Source of the DNA: the human T2T-CHM13v2.0 reference genome, Homo sapiens
Reading direction: 5' to 3' (one strand)
DNA: 64,000 bases
Assembly: GCF_009914755.1 (NCBI RefSeq)
Contig: NC_060932.1
Under the pieces are notes generated by a model. The model searched no databases. It worked only from the letters and a program-made list of their open reading frames with translations, and had not been told where the DNA came from. The position numbers and the translations under genes are program-made. Positions 15,688 to 29,954 of this stretch are shown here, piece after piece. Within the stretch, counting starts at the first letter, position 1, and every line of letters begins with the position of its first letter.

Positions 15688-16021
15688 TGCTATGGACTAA
15701 GTGGTTGTGTCCTCCCAAAATTTATATGTTGAAACTCTAATCCCTAAGGAGATGCGGTCCTTTGGAAGTAGTTAGGTCATGGGGATGGAGCCCTAGAAAT
15801 GGGCCAGTTTGCTTCTTCTGACTCTCTCTTCATTCCCCACTATGTGAAGATACAATGCGAAGATGGCCATCGGAAAACCAGGAAGAGGGCCTTTACCAAG
15901 AACCCGACCATGCTGGCACCTTCATCTCAGACTTCCAGCTACCAGAACTGTGAGAAACAAATATTTGTTGTTCAAGCCTCCTTGTGTATGGCATTTTGTC
16001 ATGGCAGCCCTAATTAAGACA
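15688..16021 (+). mobile_element. MLT1A-like MaLR solo LTR
   Basis: TGCTATGGACT...CCCAAAATTTATATGTTGAAA start; GACTTCCAGCTACCAGAACTGTGAGAAA...TAAGACA end. Confidence 0.85.
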
Positions 16022-16161
16022 GGCTTTTTATATACTCCTTCACTTAATATAGTCCTTGAATCTACATAAAATTCATAATTTTACTTTTATTTTATTGCTG
16101 CATGCTATTTTATTAAGCACAACTATCCATTGTGATATTGTGATATAATAAGAAATATATA

Positions 16162-16739
16162 CAGTTTTACATTGCTTAATGACAAGGATACTTTCTGAGA
16201 AATGTGTCATTAGGTATTTTATAGTTGTGTGAACATTACAGAGTGTACTTACACAAACCCAGATGGTAGAGCCTACTATACACATTGGTTATATGGTACG
16301 GCCTACTGCTCCTAGGCTACAAACCTGTAAAGCATATTACCATACTGAATACTCTAGGCAACTGGGATTCAATGGTAAATACTTGTGTATCTAAATATAT
16401 CTAACTGTAGAAAAGGCACTTTAAAAATACACCATAAAATAGAAAAATGGTCCACCTGTATAGGGCACTTGTCATGAATGGAGCTTGCAGGACTGGAAGT
16501 TGCTCTGGGTGATTCAGTGAGTGAGCAGTGAGTGAATGTGGAGGCCTAGCACAACTGTAGACTTATGCTACACTACAATAAATTTATTAAAAGTAAAGTA
16601 ATTGTGCTATAATGTTATGACAGCTTTGACATCACTAAGCAACAGGAACTTTTCAGCTCCATTATAATTTTATGGCTCCACAGGCATACATATAACTAAC
16701 TGATCCGTCATTGACTAAACATTATGCAGCATATGACTG
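16162..16739 (+). mobile_element. Tigger3 (Golem)-derived non-autonomous TcMar DNA transposon
   Basis: Terminal inverted repeats CAGTTTTACATTGCTTAATGAC ... ATTATGCAGCATATGACTG, inserted at a TA; internal GAGTGTACTTACACAAACC, GGAGCTTGCAGGACTGGAAGTTGCTCTGGGTGA. Confidence 0.9.
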
Positions 16740-16800
16740 CATTTTGGCCTTCATTCCCAGCTCCTGGCCAAAGCTCTTAAAACATTGATAAAAGTGAAAA

Positions 16801-17086
<286 letters not shown>

Positions 17087-18074
17087 TCATAAGCAATCCC
17101 TTTCAACCACACCTGAGTTTATGTTAATTAGGTGGCTTTTGGTAAGTCTCTAAGGATGAGGAGCTGGTTGCCTTGGAAACCAACTATGTGATTAGAGGGT
17201 TGAGATTTTTTTGCCCTACCTCATGACCTCCAGGAAGGAGAGAGGCTGGAGGCTGAGTTAAGCACTAATAGCCAGCGATTTAGTTAATTATGCCAAAGTA
17301 ATGGAACCTCTATAAAAATTCAGAAGGGCAGGGTTTGGAGAACTTACGGGTTACAGAACACAGTAGAGCACCCAGAGGATGGCATACCTGGTGAGGGCAT
17401 AAAAGCTCTGTGTCCCTCCTCCAAGCCTTGTCTTAGGCACCTATTCCACCTGGCTATTCCTGAGTTGTAACCTTTTATAATAAATGAGTGATCCAGTATG
17501 TAACTGGTTTCCTGTGAACTTGTTCTAGCAAATAATCAATTACAAAAGAGGACTGTGGGAGCCTCCGATTTTTAGCTGGTTGGCCAGAGGCACAGGTCAC
17601 AACCTAAGCTTTAGATTGGCATCTGAAGAGGGGGCAGACTTATGGGACTGCCCTCCTAACCTACGGAATCTGCACTAACCCCAAGCAGATGGTGTCAGAT
17701 TGAACTGAATTTTAGGAAATCCAGATGGTGTCTGGAGAGCGGCGGAATTAGTTGGTAAGAGAAAACCCCCCCACATACTTGATCACAGAAGTGTTCTGTA
17801 TTGACCCTGAGTATACAGAAAAGCTGCTTTTTTTTCCTTGCATAAATATTACATAACTATTTGTCTACTTTTGGTCATTTAACTTTCCTATTTTTCCCTG
17901 TTATAACACTGTGCCTAGGCATCTTTGTGCATTCAGCATTTTTTATACTTTGTTTTTGCTCTGAACATATTCCCAGGAGTGAAATTGCTGGATAAAATTC
18001 CCAAATAATTTGTTAACTTAGGAAAGTGCACTTTACTGATTATGAAAAGGCCATCGGACAAAGATACTTGTCGC

Positions 18075-18622
18075 TTTATGGTAACTTTTTCAGCCAACAT
18101 GGAAGAGGCCAATATCCATTCTCCCCTTCATTCTAGTGCAAGCCTTGATGTTTTGCTGACACAGGGCCAGTTGGAAGAAAGACGACACATCTTAGGCTTC
18201 CTTTTAGCTATGGGTGGCCAGGTGACTCAGATCGGCTTAATAAGATGAAATAGGATGCACATGTGCTGTGTGACAGTCTTCAAGAAACTTTCTGGATGAT
18301 AACTTATGGATGCTCTTTGCCTCATCCTCTTTATTTCTTTCCCCTTGTAGCTTTCTGGAATTTGGATGTGATGGTAAGAAAAGGTTCCCTTTTTTCTTAT
18401 ATAAAGGTACTTTCATCCTAGGTCATGGATGGTGTCCTAGAGTGATGAACTGGAAGGATTCTGGGTACTTATGAACCCTGTGTCTCAGGACTGCATTTCC
18501 AGGTCTGGATTGGCTGCCTCTAGGCTGTTACACGACAGCAAAAGCCACATCTCTGTTATCTATACCTCTGTTATTTGATATTTCGACTCTTTACAGGTAG
18601 CTAAACCTAACTCTCTGACGCA
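18075..18622 (+). mobile_element. Old MLT1 (J/K-like) LTR
   Basis: TAGCTATGGGTGGCCAGGTGACT motif and 3' end TAGCTAAACCTAACT. Confidence 0.55.
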
Positions 18623-19248
18623 GTCAACTTATTGAAATCTTTAGACAATCATTTTTGGCCAGATGGATGGCATGTTGAAAAGAACCACTTCAACTTATAC
18701 ACTAAATTGAGTTAAAAAACCCAGAACCAGTATCAGTAAAAGGGAGATTGTGCCAGGTGATTCTGAAGTTAATAATCATTAAAGATATGTGGTTGAGGGA
18801 TTTACGTCCATCTCCATAAAAACTCACTCTAGTTATATTTTTGTTTGAAAATGTGGATGATCAGACCCATAGATACAGGAATTGTTGGGTAGATTTTTTT
18901 TTATTTTAGTCCATAATTTTCATAGAACCAAAAAGCTTAAAGTGATGTTAGTGTGTTATTTGGCAGGGACTTCATGAGATGAAAAAATCAGATTTGTTAA
19001 TTCAGGGTTGTTAACTCAGTAGTCAATAGGCCTACTGTGGACTCCTGGTTGATATGTGATTCAAGATTTACCTATAGCCTAACCAGACCTACTCATAAAA
19101 GGGCAAGTCTTCTATACCACACTGCCCTTATTTTCTTAAAACTTAGACTGAGGATCTGATTTAGCTATTTACACTTACCCACTGTTTTTCAGTATTAAAG
19201 ATCACTTCGTCCTTGGAATTTTCATGGCACTGTGCATGTGTTATGTAG

Positions 19249-19622
<374 letters not shown>

Positions 19623-21805
19623 GAGTATAAACTTTTAAATGAAGAGGGGCTTGCTCTGCCTTCCCCATAGCAGGCACTTAGTAAATATTTGGTTAATTGA
19701 ATTGACTTTCTGAAAATTATTTGCCTAAGAATGAAGAGTGAGTTGCCTATGTTTTTAATTCTTCACTTTTCTTCTGCAGTTATGCCAACTGTTGACTTTT
19801 ATCATATGGAGAGTGAAGCATCATGGTGGTTTTGTTTACTTTTAAGCACATTTTTTGACTCTGATCAATGAGGTGAAAAGTAATTTACATTTGCCGTGTG
19901 TCTGCCTTAACGTAACCAGAATGACAGCTGCCTGACTGATAACCTCTTAAATGCAAACTATGTAGTTACCACTTGCTTCTACAATATGCTTTGTCTTAAT
20001 ACAATCAGGATGTAAATACAGACTTGTAATTACTTTCTGTTATGCTTCTCTGCATTTATGGTGTTAAGTGTATACAGATACTTCAACGAATTACTGTGTA
20101 GTTACTCTACCTCCAATTTAGTGACAGAAAAATATCTTTTAAAGATTTGAGGCTTAAGAGGATGCTTCTACAAATAAAAAGAAATCTTCTAATGTGCTTA
20201 GCTATCATTAAGTAATTTAGGTCAAATGAACTTTGATCATTAAATGTCTGACAAACCATGGAAATTCAGTTCAATAACAATTCTATGCCTAATGAAGACA
20301 TTTAATTACTTTATTATAAAAAAATTTCACGTATTTAAAAACTTAAAATTGTATTTTTAAAGCAAAGTGAAATTTGGTGCTTTTTAAATCATTAAACTTT
20401 TTATTAGTACTCCTCCATGCATTAATTCTCCTTGAGTTCTTCAAAGTGAACATGGTATGACTCTGGTATAGGATTAAATATATTATGTTTAAGCAAAAGC
20501 CAGATTGAGGGACTTTTGTCTAGAGATGTAGCGGGTTGGGAGGTATTTTCCACCACAGAGAAGTTAGGATTCCTGTCATAGCCCAATGAAGTATTTATGA
20601 AGCACGAAGGCAAAGGATATCTCAAGTGGAATATTATTGTTTAATATATGCAGAAATCTGAAAACCCTCTCCATCTGGTTTAGCTCTGACTGTATGCTAG
20701 TGTCAGCAGCCTCGTGCCTTCTGGCCAGAAAAGTTAAAGATTTTAGTGACAAAAGATATGTAATTAATAGGAAATAACACTTTGGAAACTTTATTTAAAT
20801 CTTTCTAGTACTTCTTATGCGGAGTAGCTTATCTGGAATGGAAGGAATTTTATAGAAACGTAATGTCATGTATCTTTTCATTCATTGGTTTACAAAAACG
20901 TTAATATCTTGTAGGAAATGTTAGAGATATTCACTTGAAATTGTCTTTTTACAAATATATATTTCCTACGTTTTCATAATTCAAAGATGTTTTTCTGGAA
21001 AAGTTTTTTAGCTCTTTCATATAAAGACATTGATCAGAATGGATGACTGGATAATGGGCACAGGTTAAGGAGGAAGAGTGAAAGGTCTCCTTTTCTCTTA
21101 CATAAAGCACACATAACATTTGAGCTCTTAAAAATAATGAACCAAGCTTAAAAGGGTTATTAGATGTGAGTTTGAGAGGCAAGCAAATATACTAAAAATG
21201 ACTATAGAAAAAAATCCTTATTCTTGTGTTTAACTGCATTTTAGCCTGCAGTTGGGTAACCCTGGGGGATTCAACCTGCTCTGAAAATATGTAGTTTGCC
21301 TCCCTACTCTGATTTATCAGCTCGGTGTAACTTTTGATAGTCATAAATTTGTTTTCCTATACGGGTGCAATTTATAAACTTGATAACAAATCAGCCATTC
21401 TTTTTCATGTCTACTTCACCATTTTCATATAAAAATTCTATATAATAACTTTGTGCCACAATTAGAAGGTTTATGATTTATCTCTGTAGCATGGAGCTTG
21501 TGGTAATGTTTCACGTTGCAAAGAAAAAGTCTAACCTTTTTGTATTTCCATATTCACAGAGCAATTTCCTTTTAGTCTTCTGCTTATATTTTTATGATTT
21601 CTGGTTTATGGGTAATAAAAATCCATTTTGTTGATATGAATATACTTAACTGTATTGTAACATATATGTTGGCAAGTAGATGTTACAGAAGTGTTATTTA
21701 CAAGCCTTTATATTGAGTAACATATTCAGGTTTAACCCCGTACTAATTTCAAGGATACCCTTTGTGAAGTTCTAATGAAGGCAAGACCTGTATGTTTTAC
21801 CATAG

Positions 21806-22271
<466 letters not shown>

Positions 22272-22339
22272 TGACATGAATAAGTTGTTGATTTCTGGAC
22301 CATGTTAACAACGAATAAATAGTGTGGCATATAAATAAC

Positions 22340-22592
22340 GACATTATTGCTAGGAAAGACCCATTACATAGGAAACTGTTTTAACCACTGTAATACTCTT
22401 CATGTGTTTAATCTTTGCTATGACACTCTAATATAGATACTGTCTTTATCTTCATTTTACAGCTGAAGAAATTGAAGCTCAGAGAAGTTAAGATACTTGC
22501 TTTAGAACACAGATAGTTAGGGGCAAAGCTGGGATTCAAACTCAAAGCACTTGGCTCACGAATCTATGTAGTTAGAAGTACTCTATTCTGCC
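22340..22592 (-). mobile_element. MIR
   Basis: Core CATTTTACAGCTGAAGAAATTGAAGCTCAGAGAAGTTAAG...GCTGGGATTCAAACTCA. Confidence 0.85.
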
Positions 22593-22889
22593 TTCGTAAC
22601 ACTCTCTTGCTTTAATAAAGTGAATGATAATAATACCTTGTATATAAGTAGGGTAGATCTTTTCAGTCTACAAAACTACATTAAATTAGAAATTTACATT
22701 TTCTGTTAACATAATTTTAATGTATTACATTCAGCAGCTTACAGATTTATTTACTTGGTGATTTTCACTTGACGAAAGAGAAGTTTATATATTGGTGAAT
22801 TTAGTTATTATTAAAGGACTTATACTGTTAAGTTTGTAACAATTTATTTCCTTTTATTCTCGCTAATGCAAATGTGTGACACTGCAGGA

Positions 22890-23010
22890 CACAGGTCAGT
22901 GAGATTTTTCTGTAAAGAGACACATATGTTTCAGGCTTTGTGGCCTTACATATGGCCTGTGTCACATATTCTTTCTGTTTCTACAACCTGTAAAAAATAT
23001 GAAGACTCTG
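22890..23010. mobile_element. MER58B-like hAT fragment
   Basis: TTTTTCTGTAAAGAG...AGGCTTTGTGGCC...TGTGTCACATATTC. Confidence 0.5.
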
Positions 23011-24275
23011 CTATAGAACATACATTTGGAGACTTAAGGCAAGAAATGCTATATCCACACAATCAATTAAAATACCGGACACCCAGATTGAACAGAATGT
23101 TAAAAAGTTCACTCTTTTTTTTTCAAAAATTATGTTCTATTTTTGTTTCTTTTGGAAGGATTCCGTGTTTTATTTTCTAAATGTTGTTGAAAATTTTTTC
23201 AATTTCAAAATCTCAGCAATGCTTTTTGAAGACATAAGCAACTTATTCCAAAATTTATATGGATAGAGGCGCAAGGTAACTAAAACTATTATTGAAAAAG
23301 AAAAACTATATATTGAAAAGGAAGAAAAAAATGAGAGGGACCACTCTACCAGATACTAAGGCCTACAATATAACTATAGTAATCAAGACAGTGTGGTAGT
23401 GGCAGAGAGGTAGATATAGATCAATGGAACAGAAGAGATAAATCTACACAAATATGCTCAGTTGACTATTTTTACAAATGTGGAAAAGCAATTAAATAGA
23501 GAAAGGATAGCCTTTATAACAAATGCTGCAAGAATAAATGGACATGCAAGGGGAAAAATTAAGCCTCACACTATATAAGAAAATAACTCAAGATACATTA
23601 TGGTTTTAAATGTTAAGCATAAGGCTATATAACTTAGAAAAAGAATAGGAGAAAGATTTCAGATCTAGTCAAAGAGTTCTTAGACTGACACCAAAAGCAT
23701 AACTATTTTGGGGGGAAAATTTATAACTGGACCTCATCAAAATTAAAAATCTTTACTCCACAAAAGAAACACACTGTTAAGTGGTTGAAAAAACACATTA
23801 TAGACTGGAAGAAAATATTTGCAAACCACATATCTGACAAAGGACTAGTATTTAAACTATATAAAGAACTCTCAAAACTCAACAGTTAAAAACAGAAAGA
23901 AAAACAAAGACCTAATTGGGTAAAAGACAAGAGACATTTCAATGAAGAGAATATACAGATGGCAAATAAGCAAATTAAAAAAAAATCAATATCATTAGCC
24001 ATTAGGGAAATGCAAATTGAGATGACAATGAGATAGCCCTCATTGTCTTAATTGAGTACCTAGTAGAATGACTAATATAAAAAGATAGTGGTAACACCAA
24101 ATGCTGATAGGCATGCAGAGAAATTAGATTAATTTTACATTGCTGGTAGGCATGTAAGATAGTACAGACACTTTGGAAAACAGTTTGATAGTTTCTTATA
24201 CAAGTAAACATGTAAGTACCATATAACCTAGTTGTTGCACACTTGGGAATTTATCCCAGAGAAATAAAAACTCTG

Positions 24276-24278
<3 letters not shown>

Positions 24279-24328
<50 letters not shown>
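24279..24328. repeat. (AC)25 microsatellite
   Basis: Perfect dinucleotide run. Confidence 0.97.
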
Positions 24329-24332
<4 letters not shown>

Positions 24333-24352
24333 CCAGAAACAAAAAACTTCTG

Positions 24353-24706
<354 letters not shown>

Positions 24707-25254
24707 TCAGATATCCTTCATTAAGTATATTGCTAAACTTTGATACATCCATACCATGGAACATTACTCAGTAGTCAAAAGGAACAAATTATTGATATAT
24801 GCAATAACTTCAATGAATCTCAAGTAATTTATGCTGAGTATAAAAAGCCAATCCCCAAAAGTTACATAATATATTATTCCTCAAAATGGTAAAGCTTTAG
24901 CAATGAAGAATAGGTCAGTTGCTGCCTGGCATTGTTGGGGAAGAGAATGTGGCTGTGAAACAGTAGCAAGGGGGATTTCTGTGAGGATGGAATTGTTCTG
25001 TATTTTGAGTGTATCCATGTCCACATCCTGGTTGTGATACTGTACTGTAGTGTTGCAAAATATTTCACTGGAGGAACAGGGAAAAGGATACATGTGATCT
25101 TTCTGTATTATTTCTTACAAATGCATATAAATCCATAATAATCTCAAAATTAAAGCTCAATTGTAAAAAATGTAAGATGAATACAGGGGAAAGCCCAATG
25201 ATGACACAGCTGAAAGTCTTTAATTTTTAGAGAAATATGCATCACTTTGGGCTC

Positions 25255-25690
25255 TATCTTTGTCTTTTTGGTGTTGCCATAATAGAATACCTAAGGCTGA
25301 GAAATTTGTAAGGAAAAGAAGTTCATTTGGCTCATGATTCTGGTGGCTGTTAAGTCCAAAAGCATGGTGCTGGCACCTGTTCAACTTCTTGTGAGGGCTT
25401 TTGTGATGCGTGATAACACAGCAGAAGATAAAACAGGAAGTGGACATGTGAAGGTAGACCAAACAGGAAGAGGAACATCACTTTATAACAACCCACTCTC
25501 ATGGGAACGAATCCATTCCTGTGAAAGTGAAAACTCATTTACTCACCAAGACAGAATTAATCTATTCATGAGAGATCTGCCCTCAGGACCCCAATGCCTC
25601 CCACTTGGGCCCTCCTCCTAACAATGTTGCACTGGGAACCAAACTTCAACATGAGTTTTGAAGGGAATAAACTACATTCAGAACACAGCC
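25255..25690 (-). mobile_element. MSTB-like MaLR LTR
   Basis: CATTTGGCTCATGATTCTGGTGGCTG, TTTATAACAACCCACTCTC, TTCAACATGAGTTTTG. Confidence 0.85.
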
Positions 25691-25779
25691 GGCTTACTTA
25701 CTTTTGGGATTTGGCTCTTAGAGGTGAGGAGGCTAGTATGAAGGGTACCCAGATTTATAAATATTATAACTTGAATGGG

Positions 25780-26213
25780 ATGGCACTAAAGTGTAAACAT
25801 TTGTTCTGTCTGAAATTCATGTTGAAAGTTAATCCCCAATGTATTAATAGGTGGGGCCCTTAAGAACTGATCGGGTTATGAGGGCTCTACTGTCATGAAT
25901 GATTAATCCATCAATGGATTTATGAATTAATGCCTCACTGGGTTAAGGGATTAATTGGTTATCATGGGAGTAGTTTACTTATCATGAGAGTGGGTCTCTA
26001 GTAAAAGCCAACTTGGTACCAGTGCACCCCTTGTCATCATGCTCTGCACCACCTTGAGACTCTGCAGAGAGTCTCACCAGCAAGAAGGCATTCGCCAGAC
26101 ATGGGGCCCTTACCTTTGGACTTTCCAACCTTCAGGACTGTAAGAAATATTTTTTTAAGTGTAAATTACTGAGTCGCAAGTATTCTGTTATAGGAACAGA
26201 AATGGACTAAGAT
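25780..26213 (+). mobile_element. MSTC/MSTD-like MaLR LTR
   Basis: AAATTCATGTTGAAAGTTAATCCCCAATG ... TATTCTGTTATAGGAACAGAAATGGACTAAGA. Confidence 0.82.
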
Positions 26214-26302
26214 GGAAGGACTAAGAAATATTTTTTTAAGTGTAAATTACTGAGTCGCAAGTATTCTATTATAGGAACAGAAATAGACTAAGATGGAAGG
26301 AC
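26141..26302. repeat. 81-bp tandem duplication of the MST LTR 3' end
   Basis: 26141-26221 and 26222-26302 differ at 2 positions. Confidence 0.95.
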
Positions 26303-26900
26303 TAAGATGGAAGTGCTTGCTATATTTCTTTTGGTGTTTTGAATATTTTATATGGTTTTATTTATCAATCAGATATTTCTTACAAAGTGGCCCATATAGC
26401 TCACATGACAAAAGTTTGTGTGTAGTTGTAAAAAGAAGGAAAGCAGGGTGTAAAGCAGAGTAAATTTAGATAAAGTGTATTGTATATACTTATGTTCTGT
26501 GAATAAACTTGGAATCAGGCAAGACATTAATCAATATGTACACACAGTGTCACCAATGTATTATCTCTCAACTGTTTACTCATTTGCAAAAGCCATTGGC
26601 CATGAATTGCTTTGGGTTTACGTGGTGCGAGCTTTCATTCTTAACAAAATCACACCGTTATAGAGAAGTTAGGATGATGTTTTGTGACTTCCCAATATTA
26701 ATATATCTCTTTTTGTGGATTATTAATATTTTGAGTTAAGTATATAGAAATACTTCATGGAGAACGTAGTGTTTTGGGCCATTGGTTACCTCCTTGGATC
26801 CCATGAAGGAAGATTTGATTTTGTAAGATTATCTGTGATATCTTAGCTGTCAAATTCTCATGAGTGGTTGGCACAGTTAGACAACAGAACCTGGACAAGC

Positions 26901-27083
26901 CAGGGCCAATTCTAGTGCATACCCACAAAAATCATGGAAAATAGAGCAGAATTGCCCTGCAGTCTTAAGGGAGTCTTTTCAAGCAGTACACACCTGCATG
27001 TGTCCATTCTGACTGTTGGAATGGTCACCATTGATTGGTGAGCATGTCTTATTGGGTGTGAGGAATTTTGAACACCACCCCTG
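26901..27083. mobile_element. Possible hAT-Blackjack (MER81-related) element
   Basis: Ends CAGGGC... / ...TTTTGAACACCACCCCTG; internal GTCCATTCTGA and GATTGGT. Confidence 0.4.
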
Positions 27084-27219
27084 ATTCTAACAGTCTGTCA
27101 TTCCAGATATTTTCCTCCTGACTCCTTAGCCATCTTTCAATCATCTTGTCTTATAGAAAGACTCTTGAGGGCAATTTAGTGCAGAGCTTCCCTGTTAGTA
27201 TTCCATAGTATATTGGTTT

Positions 27220-27400
27220 ATTGGTTCTCTAATATTAGCATATGTCAGAATCACCTGGAGAACTTGTTTAAATGCAGATTGCTGGGCCATGCTTCCAGTT
27301 TCTGATTCATTAGGTCTAGAGTAGGGCCCAAGAATTTGCATTTCTAACAACACCTCAAGTGATGCATGATGGGTTGCAGCTGATGGAGATGCCACAGAGT
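27220..27400. mobile_element. MER5A hAT-Charlie MITE
   Basis: CAGAATCACCTGGAGAACTTGTTTAAATGCAGATTGCTGGGCC...GGGCCCAAGAATTTGCATTTCTAACAA. Confidence 0.88.
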
Positions 27401-27750
27401 TGCTAGACAGTGATCTCCTCTGCTTTGGCTGCGGCAACACTTGGGCCTCATATGTCAGGTTGCTCACGTGCTAGTCGGATCACCCCCGTGTACCTTATAA
27501 ATACTGTCACTTTATTTGTGCCATCATGTGGAAAGGTTGACGAGTGCTGATTCCATGGACTTCTGGGTAAGTGTTAGGAAACAAAACAGGACTTGTATTA
27601 TTGAAAAATAAAGGTAAAACTTTGGACAGGCATCTTCATGCTTTTATCATAGGGTTAATATGTTTACCATATAACAGAGGGTGGAGGAATTTTGTGTATG
27701 AGGCAAACGCATCTTGTTCCAAAAATTTATTCCTGATAACAAGAAGACTA

Positions 27751-28005
<255 letters not shown>

Positions 28006-28167
28006 ATCAAATAGAAAACCTTTCCTTGTAGTGTTTCAATCCACAGAGAACCTGGCTCTGGGAGTGACCCTGCCAGCCTGGCCATAGATGATGAAATCAG
28101 AGAGAAATAATGGGCAAAACTGGGCTCATTAGAATTCTACCCAGAAATCTGCACATTGGAACTAAGG

Positions 28168-29581
28168 GGTAGTTTGATGGGAATATCATTGAATCTATGA
28201 ATTACTTTGGGCAGTATGGCCATTTTCATGATATTGATTCTTCCTATCTATGAGGATGGAAAGTTTTTCCATTTGTTTGTGTCCTCTCTTATTTCCTTGA
28301 GCATTGGTTTGTAGTTCTTGAAGAGGTTCTTCATGTCCCTTGTTACCTGGATTCCTAGGTATTTCATTCTCTTTGTAGCAATGGTGAATGGGAGTTCATT
28401 CATGATTTGGCTCTCTGCTTCTCTATTCTTGATAATATAGGGATGTTTGTGATTTTTGCACACTGATTTTGTATCCTGAGACTTTGCTGAATTTACTCAT
28501 CAGCTTAAGGAGCTTTTGGTCTGAGATGATGGGGTTTTCTAAATACAGGATCACGTCATTTGCAAACAGAGACAATTTGACTTCCTCTCTTCCTATTTGA
28601 ATACTCTTTATTGCTTTCTCTTGCCTGATTTCCCTGGCCAGAACTTCCAATACTATGTTGAATAGGAACGGTAAGAGAGGGCATCCTTGTCTTGTGCCAG
28701 TTTTCAAAGGGAATGCTTTCAGCTCTTGCCCATTCAGTATGATACTGGCTGTGGTTTGCCATAAATTAGCCCTTATTATTTTGAGATGTGTTCCATTAAT
28801 ACCGAGTTTATTGAGAGTTTTTAATGAGAATGGATTTTGAATTATATCAAGTCCTTTTCTGCATCATTGAGATACCATTTGACCCAGAAATCCCATTTCT
28901 GGGTGTATACCCAAAGGAATATAAATTATTCTGTTATAAAGATACATGCACACATATGTTTACTGCAGCACTATTCACAATAGCAAAGACATGGAACCAA
29001 CCCAAATGCCCATCCATGATAGACTAGATAAAGAAAATGTGGTACATATACACCATGGAATACTATGTAGCCATAAAAAGAAATGAGATCATGTCTTCTG
29101 CAGGGTCATAGATGAAGCTGGAAGCTATCATCCTCAGCAAGCAAACACAGGAACAGAAAACCAAACACCGCATTTTCTCACTCATAAGTGGGAGCTGAAC
29201 AATGAGAATACATAGTCAAAGGAAGGGGAAAAACACACACCGGGGCCAGCTGGTGGTTGTGAGGGGAGGGAGAGCATCAGGACAAATAGCTATTTGGGGC
29301 TTAATACCTAGGTGATGGATTAAAAGGTGCAGCAAACCACCATGGCACACGTTTACCTATGTAACAAACCTGCAGGTTCTGAAGGGGAAAAACACACACT
29401 GGGGCCAATCAGTGGTTGCGAAGGGAGGGAGAGCATCAGGACAAATAGCTATCTGGGGCTTAATACATAGGTGATGGATTAACAGGTGCAGCAAACCACC
29501 ATGGTACACATTTACCTATGTAACAAACCTGCAGGTTCTGCACATGTATCACGAAATTTAAAGTAAAAAAAAAAAAAAAAA
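28168..29581 (+). mobile_element. Mid-age L1PA (PA8-PA13-like), 5'-inverted, with duplicated 3'UTR
   Basis: 28168-28873 antisense RT region ([22 protein letters not shown]); 28871-29581 sense ORF2 end, 3'UTR and polyA; TSD GAACTAAG at 28159-28166 and 29582-29589. Confidence 0.93.
29222..29539. repeat. 159-bp tandem duplication within L1 3'UTR
   Basis: 29222-29380 vs 29381-29539, about 12 substitutions. Confidence 0.95.
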
Positions 29582-29907
29582 GAACTAAGAAGGAGTTGGC
29601 GCGGCAGTGGGACAGTCAGAAGGGAGCTTGGGAACTGCTGGAGTCCATACTGCTCTCTCTATGAGGAAGCCAGTTTTTAAGAGAAAAAGAAACCGAAAAG
29701 CAGAAAGAAGTAGAGACAAAAGTCAGAGCAAGGACCTCGGCAATGATGGAGATCCTTTCCCAGCTACCTCTGAGGGAAAACCTTATCTCTACTGCCCAAG
29801 ATATCCTTGTGGATGAAAAGCTATTAGTGGAGCTATTAGTGGTTCCTTGAATTGTTCTAGGTTGTCACTTCTCAGGACATGAGATCCTTTTTATTTGGGG
29901 GGTGAAG

Positions 29908-29954
<47 letters not shown>
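29908..29954. repeat. (ATCT)11+ tetranucleotide STR (GATA type)
   Basis: Perfect tetranucleotide run followed by degenerate units. Confidence 0.97.

Noticed and set aside
26141-26312. Repeat-spacer (CRISPR-like) pattern
   Set aside because: Simple tandem duplication without unique spacers, in human DNA
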